Shown here: positions 39,787-52,222 of the stretch, in pieces
Layout: every line of letters starts with the position of its first letter
How positions within the stretch are numbered: position 1 is the stretch's first letter
Assembly (NCBI RefSeq): GCF_009914755.1
Contig: NC_060925.1
Length of the DNA stretch: 64,000 bases
Strand: one strand, 5' to 3'
DNA from: the human T2T-CHM13v2.0 reference genome, Homo sapiens
Translations under genes and position numbers: made by a program
Notes under the pieces: model-generated
Database searches by the model: none
What the model saw: the letters and a program-made list of their open reading frames with translations, nothing else
Told to the model about the DNA's origin: nothing

Positions 39787-40321
39787 TTTCACCAGTAAAC
39801 TCTGGTCCTTTCCTACTTTGTATTGATCGCAAAGAACATTCAATTGGAAAGGCGATCAGATTTTATTCAGTGGCCAAAGAATGAAAAGGAGCTTATGCTC
39901 CAAAGGCACCTTCTCCCCGGGCAGTGGGAAGTATGGGAGTTTTAAAGAGTTGGATGCAGGTTCGGGTAGGAATGTAAGTATGTACAGGGTGGAGTTCCAG
40001 ATATTCAGGTCTAGTTAATGACATGCTTCTTCATACATCACGTGTACACAAAATGGCAGCAATCTTCTATTGGGGAAGAGCTTTTTGGTATTATAATAAT
40101 ATGTTAATGATCCAACAGTAACTGAAGGTCACCTTCTCTGGTGTGCAGCAATATCTAGCAGGTCTGGACGTTTGATATTTCGCATGGGGTCAGGAGAGTT
40201 AGGCAGTTTCTGGCATTCAGGCCACCTGGTTTCCATAAACGGCTGTGTCTATAGATAAACAGACTAAAGAAAAACTGTTAAAGTTTTTCTACAGTCTCTG
40301 CTCTGGTTTGTCCCAGTGACA
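39787..40321 (-). mobile_element. ERV1-type solo LTR, subfamily undetermined
   Basis: About 535 bp, minus-strand AATAAA (tttatt near 39861), caaaatggcagc core, ends gtgaca; near-TSD aagt/aggt. Confidence 0.6.
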
Positions 40322-40472
40322 AGGTTAGGTTTGACTTTACTTAGGATTTGCTTTAAAGTTTCATTGCTGGTCATTTGGGGACAATAAATAACCTTCCCGT
40401 CGACTCTGGCCTGAATGAATCTAATAAATAAATAAATATTGGAGTTTATTTAATTTAGTTTTTTTATAATTT

Positions 40473-40759
40473 ATTTTTTTGAGATGTAGTCTCGCTCTGT
40501 TGCCCAGGCTGGAGTGCAATGGCATGATCTCAGCTCACTGAAACTTCCCTCTCCAGGGTTCAGTGATTCTTCTGCCTCAGCCCCCCGAGTAGCTGGGACT
40601 ATAGGCATGCACCACCATGCCTGGCTGATTTTTGTACTTTTAGTAGAGATGGGGTTTCACCATATTGGACAGGCTGTTCTTGAACTCCTGACCTCGTGAT
40701 CTGCCCGCCTCGGCCTCCCAAAGTGCTGGGATTACAAGCATGAGCCACGGCACCCAGCC
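40473..40759 (-). mobile_element. AluS (Sg/Sc-like), full length
   Basis: Alu consensus; TSD tttataattt at 40463-40472 and 40761-40770. Confidence 0.95.
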
Positions 40760-40844
40760 ATTTATAATTTGTTATTCTTTTCAATTGCTAATTGCATTTG
40801 CCGTAAATTGCACTTATCTGCAAAATTGATGGCTATTATAATTT

Positions 40845-40940
40845 ATTTTTGAGTTTAGGAGTGGAGGTTTAACAGGCAAAAGAAAAAAAAGGAGAACAAC
40901 CCTCTCTCTTCCAAGAGAGAGGGGCAGCCAAATGGAAATC
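40845..40940 (-). mobile_element. ~90 bp ERV1 LTR fragment (LTR19-like) with short A-tail and TSD: processed LTR retrocopy
   Basis: Minus strand ...cttttgcctGTTAAAcctccactcctaaactc-aaaaat; direct repeats tggctattataattt (40830-40844) and tggcaattataattt (40941-40955). Confidence 0.7.
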
Positions 40941-40979
40941 TGGCAATTATAATTTTTAAAAATGTATCTATCATATTTT

Positions 40980-41100
40980 GGACACCACTACACACCAGAC
41001 ACTGTGACAGGTCCTTTGCATATATTTCCTCTAAGCTTCTTAACAAAAAAATTAGGTAGGTATTGATAACCTCACTTTAAATATCATAGGCCAACCAGGA
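40980..41100 (-). mobile_element. MIR fragment
   Basis: tttgcatatatttcctctaagcttcttaacaa...taggtagg...ctcacttta. Confidence 0.5.
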
Positions 41101-41109
41101 AATTGGTTA

Positions 41110-41940
41110 TTAATTTATGTATTCATGTACTTCTTTCATTTATATTAATTTTTTTTGTGATAGACGAGGGATTTAATAGGAAACAAATGTTTGTCTTCAT
41201 GAGGTTTGCATTGTTGTTTTTGTTGGGAAGCAGAAATAACTCATAGTCAAGCAAATGAAATAATTACAAAATATAATAAAGGCTGTAGAGGAAATAAAAT
41301 GGAACTCAAAAACTTTAATGGGAGCAACTTGTTAATATGAAAATGTTTCATATTAACCCATTTTCGTATTAACAAGTTAATGTTCATATTAACAAGTAAC
41401 ATTTAAGGGAACTAATAAATTGATAGCCAAAAAACAGGTTGATATGTAATTTGGGGAGAAGGAAAGTATAGGCAATGTAAATAGCATGGACAAAGACCCT
41501 GACCTATACAAAAGCATGGCAACCTCAAACAACAGAAAGAAACCCAAAGTGGGTGAGGAAGAGTGGCACACTATGAGGGATTATTAGGATAGTAGGATGT
41601 GCTGTCAAGCCGGGCCCTCTAGGCTGTAAAAGTACTTCAATTTACTGAGGCCTTAATTAGGACAATGCTATGGTCTTATTCAAATTTTTAAAAACATGGA
41701 TCTTGCTACTTGGTGGAAAATAGCATGACACAATCATGAGGTTAGAGGACTCACTAAAACAAGGGCCTAGGAGCAGTCCTTGAAGAGTAATGTCATGTAA
41801 AAGTTGGATGGAGTGGAGAACAAGGGAGTATCAGGAAGAACAGGAAACAGAGGTGACATTAAGACCAAAAATCAATAATATTTTAAGGAAAGAGTGGTCA
41901 TCTGTAACATTATGCTAAGGTCACATAATAGTAAGATAAA
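41110..41940 (-). mobile_element. L2 fragment(s)
   Basis: Purine-rich L2 antisense motifs (ggcaatgtaaatagcatggacaaagaccctga). Confidence 0.55.
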
Positions 41941-41948
41941 ACAATTTA

Positions 41949-42317
41949 CAGTAATCTCCCCTTCCCCAAGGGAAATACGTTCCAAGGCTCGAAGTGGTGA
42001 CTGAAACCTTGGATAGGACCAGCCCCAGTTTACACTATGTTTTCTTTCAATCTGAGAACCAAGAGAGCTGCTAAGTGACTAAGGGGAGGATAGCATCTAG
42101 AGAGTGGATCCACCGGACAGAGGTAGTTGACATCCTGGGAAGGACAAAGCGGGACAGTGAGAGATTTCATCATGCAAGTCAGAACAGAGTGGAATTTAAA
42201 ACTTAGGAATGGTTTATTTCTGGAATTTTCCATTTAATATTTTCAGACCATACTTGACCATGGGTAACTGAAACCATGGAAAGTCAAATTGCAGATGAGA
42301 GATATGGGGGACTACTG
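41949..42317 (-). mobile_element. MER44A-like (Tigger7 group) DNA transposon
   Basis: Terminal repeats cagtaatctccc / gggggactactg; internal ttatttctggaattttccatttaatattttcagacc. Confidence 0.88.
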
Positions 42318-42600
42318 TGCATCATCAAAGGTATTTTTACAATGAGAACATCAGTTTCAGAGACTTGAAGGTGTGCGTCTGGTAAGGCACAGCCTACTCC
42401 CATAGGATAGGATCTTCTTTACTACCCACACTGCACATGATCCCCTCCCAAACCCCGTCCGACTTACCACTTGCTTTCTTGGACACTCCTGGTACTAACT
42501 GTGGAGTGCTGGGTTCTTTGGAAATTGAAGCTGAGATAGAGTTAGAAGTGTAAAAGATTTATTGGAGATCAAAGCTCCATCTTTCATCCCTCAGAGAGAT

Positions 42601-42686
42601 TTTTCTTTCCTTTCTTTCCTCCCTCCCTCCCTCCCTTCCTTCCTTCCTTCCTTCCTTCCTTCCTTCCTTCCTTCCTTTCTTTCTTT
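42601..42686. repeat. (TTCC)10 / CT-rich repeat in the tail position of an Alu monomer
   Basis: Read directly; (TTCC)10 at 42636-42675. Confidence 0.95.
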
Positions 42687-42805
42687 GTAGTGATGAGATC
42701 TCGCTATGTTGCGCAGGCTGGTCTCCAATTTCTGGCCTCAAGCAATCCTCCATCCTTGGCCTCCCAAAATTTTGGGATTACAGGCAGGAGCCACTGTGCC
42801 TGGCC
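42687..42805 (-). mobile_element. FLAM / Alu left monomer
   Basis: tctcgctatgttgcgcaggctggtctc...gagccactgtgcctggcc. Confidence 0.88.
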
Positions 42806-43109
42806 TAGAGAGATTATTTCACTAAGAAAATTAGAACAAATAAGAAGAGAAAAGAACTAGTTCATTTGTCCACCATCAGCATAATCAGAGTTAGTTTTTT
42901 TTTTCACTTTGCTGGTGGATCATTTCTGTTAAATAATAAATAGTGCAATGTCTACCAGTAATTTTGTTTTCACACTTGGTGCCCGTATACCTCTAGTTTT
43001 TTCCATATTTCTCCTTTCCCTTTGGAAAAAAATGTCACCAAATGTGTCACCTTACACCCGACTTTCCTCCTACCCTTCCGAGTCCCTTACATCTCCATTC
43101 CTCTAAAAT

Positions 43110-43490
43110 GTAGGTGTCCGATGTGGTAGCCACTAGCCACATGTATCTAATTTGATTTGAAATAATTAAAATTAATCATATTTAAAGTGAGGTTCCTGAG
43201 TCACCTATGAATCACATTTAAAGTGTATTTATGGCTGGGCACAGTAGCTCATGCTTGTAATCCCAACACTTTAGGGGGCTGAGGAAAGAGGCTTGCTTCA
43301 GGCCAAGAGTTTGAGACAAGGTTCAACATAGCGAGACCCCATCATAGTGACCTCAACATAGCGAGACCTCATCTCTACAAAAAATAAAAAATAAAAATAA
43401 ATAAATGAATCAAGTGCATTTAATTACCCCATGTGCCTAATGAATGCTCTGTTGCCCATTTCTGTCACTGCACCAAATTCTGCTGGACAG
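43110..43490. mobile_element. MER33/MER3-like hAT element split by a FLAM
   Basis: gtccgatgtggtagcccactagccacatgt...aaattctgctggacag. Confidence 0.7.
43233..43408 (+). mobile_element. FLAM / AluJ monomer with internal duplication
   Basis: ggctgggcacagtagctcatgc...; tcaacatagcgagacc occurs twice; A-rich tail. Confidence 0.88.
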
Positions 43491-43499
43491 TTCAGAATA

Positions 43500-44485
43500 T
43501 CACCTACTCAGAATCTCAACTGATATGTTATTAAAATACCCACAGCTAATCCATCACCATCAGAAGTCTGTTTACCCCTTCGTCCAGATTGTCATGGCAT
43601 CCCTATCTCATTAAATGGCACCAGCAGCTACCCAGTTATTCAACACGCCCCTCCCACAAAACAACAACAACAACAACAAAACAGGTTTACTGTTGTTTCC
43701 ACTTCCCCACTTACCACCTGACATTAAATTTATCAGCAAATCTCGGGAGCTCTACCTTTAAAACATATTCAGCATTCAACTAGATCTCATTAACTTCATA
43801 GCCAAAATTTGAATTAATCTACCATTATTCTTACCTAATAACATTCTCATCTGCATCCATTCTTCTGTTCTCTTCTATACTCTTTTTCATACACAGCAGC
43901 AGAGCGATCTTTCAAAAATGTAAATCAAACTACATCATTTGCTTTTTCAAAACTCTCCAAAGGTTTGCCAGCATATTTGGGGGAAAAAATCCAAACTGTG
44001 CACGTAGCTTATAAATTCTACATAAAGTTGTCCTTTCCTAAATTCCAGACATCTTATGCCACATGCGAGCTCTTGCCCAGCCTTGTGGGCTTTCTGTTGG
44101 TTCCTTTAACACTTCCTTGCTTAGGACTTTTGGGCTGGCTCTTCTCACTGCCTGAACTTTCTTCCCCTGAACTAGATCATTATCTAGTTTATTCTTTTAT
44201 TTTAATTCAGTCTCTGTTTATATATTGTTTCCTCAGAGTGGTCTTCCATGAGGACACCATGTAAAATAACATTTCCTCCATTTGGGTGGGTAGCTTCACA
44301 TTAGTTTACCTGTTTCATTTTTCTTCTTAGCACTCATCACTTCCTTCAGTTATATTTCCTTATTTACTGCCTATCTCTCACACTAGAATGCCAACCCAGA
44401 AAGAACTGGAACTTTCCCTTTCTCATTCAGTGTTGGCTTATAGTATGTGCTCCATAAATATCTGTGGCATTACTGAGTGAATGAC
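43500..44485 (+). mobile_element. L2 fragment including 3' end
   Basis: cacagcagcagagcgatctttcaaaaatgtaaatca; ends gctccataaatatctg...tgagtgaatga. Confidence 0.8.
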
Positions 44486-44669
44486 AGCGTTACCATGGGA
44501 TTTTAGAACCCCGGTGAAAGTATAGAGGATAGTCCAAGGAGACTTGCATCCTTGGGATTTTGTTAGACTATTAACAGAAAATGAGGCGTCAATCTGATTA
44601 ATGCTAAAAAAGAGAAGATCAGTTCCTTTCCTGTTTGTCTGGTATAGCTTTGTGTTTCTTATTCTTACA

Positions 44670-44935
44670 TTTTTCTAAATTTTATCTTATTAAATATTGA
44701 CAAATTATAATTCTATACATTTATGGGATACCAAGTGATGCTTTGATATATGCAGATAATGTGGAAGAACTGGCCCAAGCTAATTAACATACCTTCCACC
44801 TCACCTACTTACCATTTTTTCATCCTTTCTGAAACTTTGTGTGCTTTGAGTAACACTTCCCTATTCTCCCCACCCCCAGCCTCAGGTAACCACCATTCTC
44901 TTCTCTGCCTTTAAGGATTCTTTTAGATTCCACAG
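44670..44935 (-). mobile_element. L1MA 3' end fragment
   Basis: cccagcctcaggtaaccaccattctc...ttttagattccaca. Confidence 0.75.
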
Positions 44936-46519
44936 ATTTACATTCCAAAATAAAGGTGTCCGTGCTTTGGACTCAAGGCCATATACAGTGTGTTGTTGTT
45001 TTAAATAAAAACACTAGAATGGAAGCAGTTGTTATAACTGATGAATACCAGATGTTACATTTCTCACTAGTCTGTAAGACCAGACACACAAAGACCTAAT
45101 TATGTCCCATCGCTTCGAGCAGTGTCTGACTGTTTTACCCATGAACAACATCCTGCATGGATCTCCCTGTGAATAGCAGAAATTCTAAAGAGTTAAAAAC
45201 TGCTGAAGTTAGAGGGAACTATTTTAAAAATATTTTATTTTACAGTGATAATTATTATTATAATGACGATGCTGTCCATACCTTATTTTCAACATGTATT
45301 ATTATTAGTAGCAGACAGAGCTTTGTGTTTATGCTCACTTAGAGTCAGGTTGGTTATTTAAAATAATCTAGACCCAAATAATTAGATAGACTTCTACATT
45401 GTATTGTCTATAGGAAAGATAATTACATCCATCCAGTGCGCACGTTTATTATTAGCTGATAAAAAGGAAATGGCAAAGGGAAATTGAATTTTTATGCATA
45501 AATGATTGCTAACAATCTAGAGGATGTGAGTGAGATTTAGGATTCTTGGCTTCTTCCAATTATTTTCTCCAGTTTCAAGATTCTAGAATCATTCATTTTC
45601 CTTCTATTACATTACTATTAAAAAGCAGACTTTAGTTAAACCATTTATATTCAATGGTTCATTCAACAGATAAAATAAAGATGAGTTTACTTTAAGTATT
45701 ATTCCATTTTTCCACCCCCGAGACAAAATAAAACCTGAAAAGAATATAGACATTCCATAATGTCAAATTTTGTTTTTAAGTTTGAAAAATGCTTTGATAT
45801 TTATGGCCTGAAACCCTCATTACCACTTGTTTAATACGTGTCAACTTTTATTTTGTATGAGGAAAATCACTTGTTTAGTTTAGAACTGATTTAATATAAG
45901 ACGTTGAAGCCCTGTCATATGATAGAACTTGGGAAAATAATCCATTGAATATTTTTTACAGAGCATATAGGTGTTAAAATGCAGAACCAGAAACACATTA
46001 GATTTGAAACTTAACATGCAAAATGAGGATATTTGTTTTTCTTTCTTAAAGCTACAGTTCAGAGCTTGGGAATGCTAACAGATGACTCACTCTTAGAGCC
46101 ATTGGTTCTCGATTTTCTCCCCCAGATTAGATGTCTCGAATTATACTTGCAGTTTTATGGCTCCCAGTGTTTCAGTCTTTGTTTTAGCTGTATTGTGCTT
46201 GGAATGTCAAATTATTAGGACCCTGTATAGTAAATCATCGGGGGGAACCTTCGCCTGATGCACCATTGTCTACAGTTTAATTACCTGCCATACATGGTAG
46301 AAATTAGAATGAGAGCTTTACCTGCTTAAGCCTTACATTCTAGCATTTAAAACTTAGTTAAGATGGAACCTAAAAAGCACAGAAATAATGCAAATGTGAG
46401 AATCATGTAGTGACAACTCCATTGTAAAGCTTCTTACCCTACCCCCACGGTAATACTATACAAAATGCATAAAGCTCATGAAATGCATACAACAGTTTAA
46501 AACTTTTATACAGATAAGG

Positions 46520-46735
46520 ATGTTGCGTTAGGAAGAGTCCTGAAACAAAGTCAGAATCCCTGGGGTCCAGTTCCATTCCTGCTTCTGAAAGGGTATATGG
46601 CTGGGTAAGATGTTAAGCCTTTCTTTCATAAACTTGCTTTATGAAAGAAACTTTCATGAAAACTTTGTTTCCATATGAGCTGTAAGTTTTCACATGAGTA
46701 AAATAAAGGGGGTGACTAGATTTCCCCAAAGGTTG
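46520..46735 (+). mobile_element. MIR fragment with palindromic insertion
   Basis: gtcagaatccctggggtccagttcc...cacatgagtaaaataaagggggtgactagat. Confidence 0.55.
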
Positions 46736-49105
46736 TGATCATTTTTAGAACCTAGTGGGTACATTTAACTGAGCCCGAGGCTGCACCTGTGCTATCAAGA
46801 ACACAAATGGTGGAAAAAAGAAAATGAATACAATCTTGGGGTTCTCCTTGTGACATAAAAATGTATTTCAGACTTGGAAAAAGATAAAACGAGGCTAACA
46901 ATATATGTTTTTTATAAAGTTCATGCATGTTCTGATAAGTCTGCTTGTGTGTCATCTGATATTTGTTGTGACAGTTAATTTGGCCAACAGTCCATAGTCA
47001 AGGTTAGAATTTAATCTGCAGAAATTTATAAAATGCTGTGATTTCACAATCTGTAAAAAGTCAACCAGTCTTCTAACTAATTTAGCAATTTTTTTTACAC
47101 ATCCCTTACACAAATGACTATATAGATCTCAGTTTTTTCAAATGCTGTTGGATATTCCCCTTAATCTACCCTCTGGTTCTTTCATTAATGAGTTACATAA
47201 AGTGTTGACAAGCACAAACAAATACCTTTTTGCTTGAGAACTGTACTTTATCAATATTCTGGATCCACTTTGCACCAAATGCCATTTAGACTCTATTCAC
47301 TAAATAAATTAACCTATTGTCTTAGCATAATGATGCTTTGGCATGATGACATTTGCCTTATTATAATTTATTTAAATATATGCGTGTGTTAAAATATTTC
47401 AGGGAGCCAAAATGTTGTTCCCTAAACACATCAGCACAGGCCAGGTACCAGGGCCACTGTGTGTGAATTTGCCTTTTCTCTTTCAAAGCTGATTTTTTGA
47501 TGCTGAGAGCTTGACCGTGGTGTTGTGATACGCCAATATTTAATTTACAAATAGCGTTATGTCTTGATTCTGTCACCCTGCATGTCTGGAGGTGAAGGAC
47601 TGAGGTATGGAATTGAAGTAGATCCTTTCCACATACGGGGATCCCCTCCACATTCCTGCAGTGCTCAGCCATCCGTGAAAAGCATTGTCTTGCTGTGTTG
47701 TGAAATGTGCATTTACTATCTGTTTTCCCATTGCTAAATTGTGTAACTTCATTGTATAATGAGAAACCAAGAGCTTTGTAGTGGTAGCACGGAGAAGAAA
47801 TACTTTTCTTACAATTTTGGACTCTTCCCATTGTTCGTTCATTTTTTTTTCTTCCACAGAATCAAGGGTGGCCACCCTGTTTTATGAAGAGAGTGAATTA
47901 GGTGTGAAGTACTGGAATACAACACACCATTACAGACATGTCCCCCTGGCTTCCTGAAAGCCTGATTTGACTTGCCATATGGTCAACATGACAGAGAGAG
48001 TGAACATTGAATACTGATAGAGCCCTGACTGCAGACTCCACTCTGCCACTCCTGGCTCAGTGTCCTTCTAATGACACAACTTTTCAGTGTATTTCCAGGC
48101 CAATCAATTTCATCTTCTCCTCTACAGTCACATGTGTGCATTTAAAATGTCAAGTATATGTTCTAGATTGAGCTTCCTATCTTATCTGTCTTATTTCTCC
48201 TTACCACCCAATGTTGATTCATCGTCCAAGCAAAAATGTTTGTGGAACCATAATGATGACAGGTTCCCTCTGTTTTCTTTATATCTGTTACTGTAGGAAT
48301 AGAGTAGAGTTTATTGCGGCAACCCTAGTACCTCGTTCAGTGTCTTCCATTTAGTGTACCTGATATGTATAAATTAAATTGAATTTAATTCTCTTTTCTA
48401 TAGCAATGGTTTTTGTTTTCTTATTGCAATGTCATATTTTTCTAATTATCCTCTGTCTACTCTTCTGTGTCTTTTACCTAGGCATTATTGGCATGGAATG
48501 CCAACTTTGGATATGTTTTTCTCATTTTGTACTTGTTTCTGTGTTTTATGTTTCTGCTTATATTGCAAAGGCTTTCAATTCATGACACTATCTTTAGCCC
48601 TCTCATTACTCAGTTTAGTGCACACTGTATAATGGCCATTCTGTATATTGTCAGGATGACATACTGCTGTATGAACATAACCCAAGCTTTTTCATTCCCA
48701 AGTTTCACTTTCATTTCCTTTCTGATTCATTTCAAGTCCACCCAATACTCCTTATTTCCAGGAATCGTTTTCTGAAGCTGTGGATAGACTTCAGGAGACA
48801 GCTAATTTAGTATGCCTAAAGCAGCATAATTGAACTGTGGAAGGCACTGTTTTTGTATTCAGTTGGTTAATGAATGTACTTTTTCAATGCTGAAGCAGGA
48901 ATAGTGCCAGCAAGCAAACTTTACGGAGAGTACATGACATGCTTTTCTGTCTTCTAGTTTCTACTGATTCATCAGAACGGGGCATTGTTCTGTGATCCTT
49001 CCTGCAGTTTCAAAACAGATCTACATTCCATAGCTTCCTCATTTCAAATGGCCAATTTATCGCTAACTTCAAAAACGTGCTCTGTGTCACTTTTTAAAAC
49101 AAATC

Positions 49106-49252
49106 AGCAAGTCACATCTTACATGGATGGCGGCAGGCAAAAAGAGAGCTCCTCCTTGCCTTCCGCCATGATGTGAGGCCTCCCCAGCCATGTGGAACTG
49201 TATAAGTCCATTAAACCTCTTTTGAAAATTAAAAAATAAATAAATAAATAAA
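49106..49252 (+). mobile_element. Processed THE1(A/B) LTR retrocopy with 5' inversion, polyA tail and TSD
   Basis: Inverted THE1 piece 49106-49150, sense piece 49148-49230 with ATTAAA at 49210, A-rich tail, TSD taaaacaaatcag at 49095-49107 and 49253-49265. Confidence 0.88.
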
Positions 49253-49889
49253 TAAAACAAATCAGAATCTTCCATGTTCTAACTTTTCCATGCTTTTGAA
49301 GTTGCTAGAAACTTGATAACATATCTTCTGTAACTCTTAGCTCTCTTTATTTCTAGAGTACAGCATGGTATTGGCAAATACAACCATTTAATATTCTAAC
49401 ACTTTGTAGCTAACTGAAAGAAGGGGATCTGATTTTGCAAGGAAAAACCCAGAAAATGTATCACACATCAGAGGATAAGCAAGTTCTGCCTGAAAGCATT
49501 TCAAATAATATTTAATGGAAAAGTTAAAAACAAAACTACTGAATTGATCTCTCAAAGCAGATTTCTAAGTTACAAAATGCAAAGGATTAATACTGTGTGA
49601 AGTACTAGAGTTCTGTTGTATGAATATGGTAGCTCAGAGCTCAAAACCCACAGTAATGTGGATTTCACAAAAGGCCTTATCATTTATTTGGGGAGATTTT
49701 TTTGCACAGCCGACAGTGTTCCATTAAGGTGTGTTTGTGAATGCTGTCCGATCACCCCACAGACGGTGAAAATGTGTCCTCCTTCTGAATACGAAGCAAG
49801 CACTCTGCAGGGGATATAGGAGGGTTTGAGTTCTAATTGGAGGCAAGTAGTTCTATATCTCCTGGTTTACCAGCACATTCATGGAAATC

Positions 49890-50055
49890 TTTTTTTTTTT
49901 TTTTTTTTTTTTTTAAGAGAGAGTGTGTCACTCTGTCACTGAGGTTGGGATACAGTGGCACAATCACAGCTCACTGCAGCTTTGACTTTCTGGGCTCAAG
50001 CGATCCTCCCACCTCAGCCTCCCAGGTAGCTGGGATTATAGGCACAAGCCACTGT
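49890..50055 (-). mobile_element. AluJ right monomer / FRAM with long T-tract
   Basis: T~25 then Alu right-arm sequence (gctcactgcagc...tcaagcgatcctcccacctcagcc). Confidence 0.88.
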
Positions 50056-50886
50056 TTGTGGCGGGAAATCAATTTGGAGACAAAAAGCTACAAAGTTGAC
50101 CTATTTTCTTATCCAAGGAATCAATAGTATTTCAAAAACCAGTGAATATTTATGCGTGAGAAAAGTGTTCCTCATTTTTTCCTTGTCTCTCTCTGTGCTA
50201 ACTGAACTGAGAATCTAGGTCTGAACAACTGCAAAGGACCTTTAAAGTTAAGCACTTTTAAAAGCCTTGACATTTGGTATAATTATTCAGATGGACTGCT
50301 TGTTCACATTTTTTAAAGGTATTGATAGTTAACTGGATATCCGCAAGTCTGATTCTCTCTACTATAAGTGGAAAAAGAGACTGGAGAGTAATGAGTTTCT
50401 ACAAGACTTAAAGGAAACCCTCTATGTATTGATCTATTCTCATACTGCTGAGTTCTTTGATAAGTTCTTAGAGACACAAAGAACTCTTGGGCTAGTTGCA
50501 TAGGAAGTCTGCAGTGAGCTCCTGAAATCACATCTTTAAGAAGGCAGCTCAGAACATTGGCTGTTTGTAGAAAGCACGTCCTCCTAGGGAGAAAGGGCAA
50601 AACTTCTCCTGAGCCTCATACTGTTAGATAGATCCCCAAGCAACGGAAGCAGCTTCAAATGTACTTGCTATCCATAACTGGTCATTTTCTCCACAAAGCA
50701 AGGTGACGTGATTTGGAACTCTCTATGAGAAGCCAAGGAGATAATTCTGAATCATGTCATCTCACAAAGTTATGGCAAGAGCATTCTGTAGGGGAGAACA
50801 CATAGTTTCTTTTCTTTCCCTTTTTGGGTTCTTAGTTGAGACACTCTGCTGAAAACAAAAGTCAGTTTAAGAAAACAAAAACAAGT

Positions 50887-51222
<336 letters not shown>

Positions 51223-51308
51223 TCATGCAGGAGAGAGAGACCTCAGCTCAAAAATTGTTTCTCTTTCAAGTCAGCGGCTTAAGGGCTTTGCTCAAATAGT
51301 TTTTTTTT

Positions 51309-51783
<475 letters not shown>

Positions 51784-52099
51784 TGCTCCAATAGTATTTA
51801 AACAAAGAGCCATAAAATCCTATATAGCAACAAGACAAAGGAGAGAGCAGTTCGAGTGTTTTAAAAGATAGTAAAATGTGGGAAGTTAGTGAAATCTGTT
51901 CTCAGATTCCTCCAGTGCCTGCTGGTACCTTTTTTGGGTCAATAAACAAGTGCCGTCTCCAGTAAGGAAGGATTGGTGTCCTGTCATCAGGCAAATAGAG
52001 GCTGAAACAGTGTCCCCCTATATTTTCTGTGTCTTTAACAGCCCTCAATATGTTGGGGAGAAATATTTTGATTTCTTTCAATTCCTAGCGATCACTTTT

Positions 52100-52222
52100 A
52101 CCAAGTAAAGAGTTGGAATCTCAAGATTCTGGGAGACTTTCCCATGGCCGCACTGTTAGGGAATGTTGAAGGTTTTCAGTATCCTGGTCTCCCAAGGCAG
52201 GGCTGCTTCACCACATCATGCC
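52100..52222 (-). mobile_element. MIR fragment
   Basis: gactttcccatggccgcactgttag...ctggtctcccaaggcagggctgcttcaccac. Confidence 0.45.
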
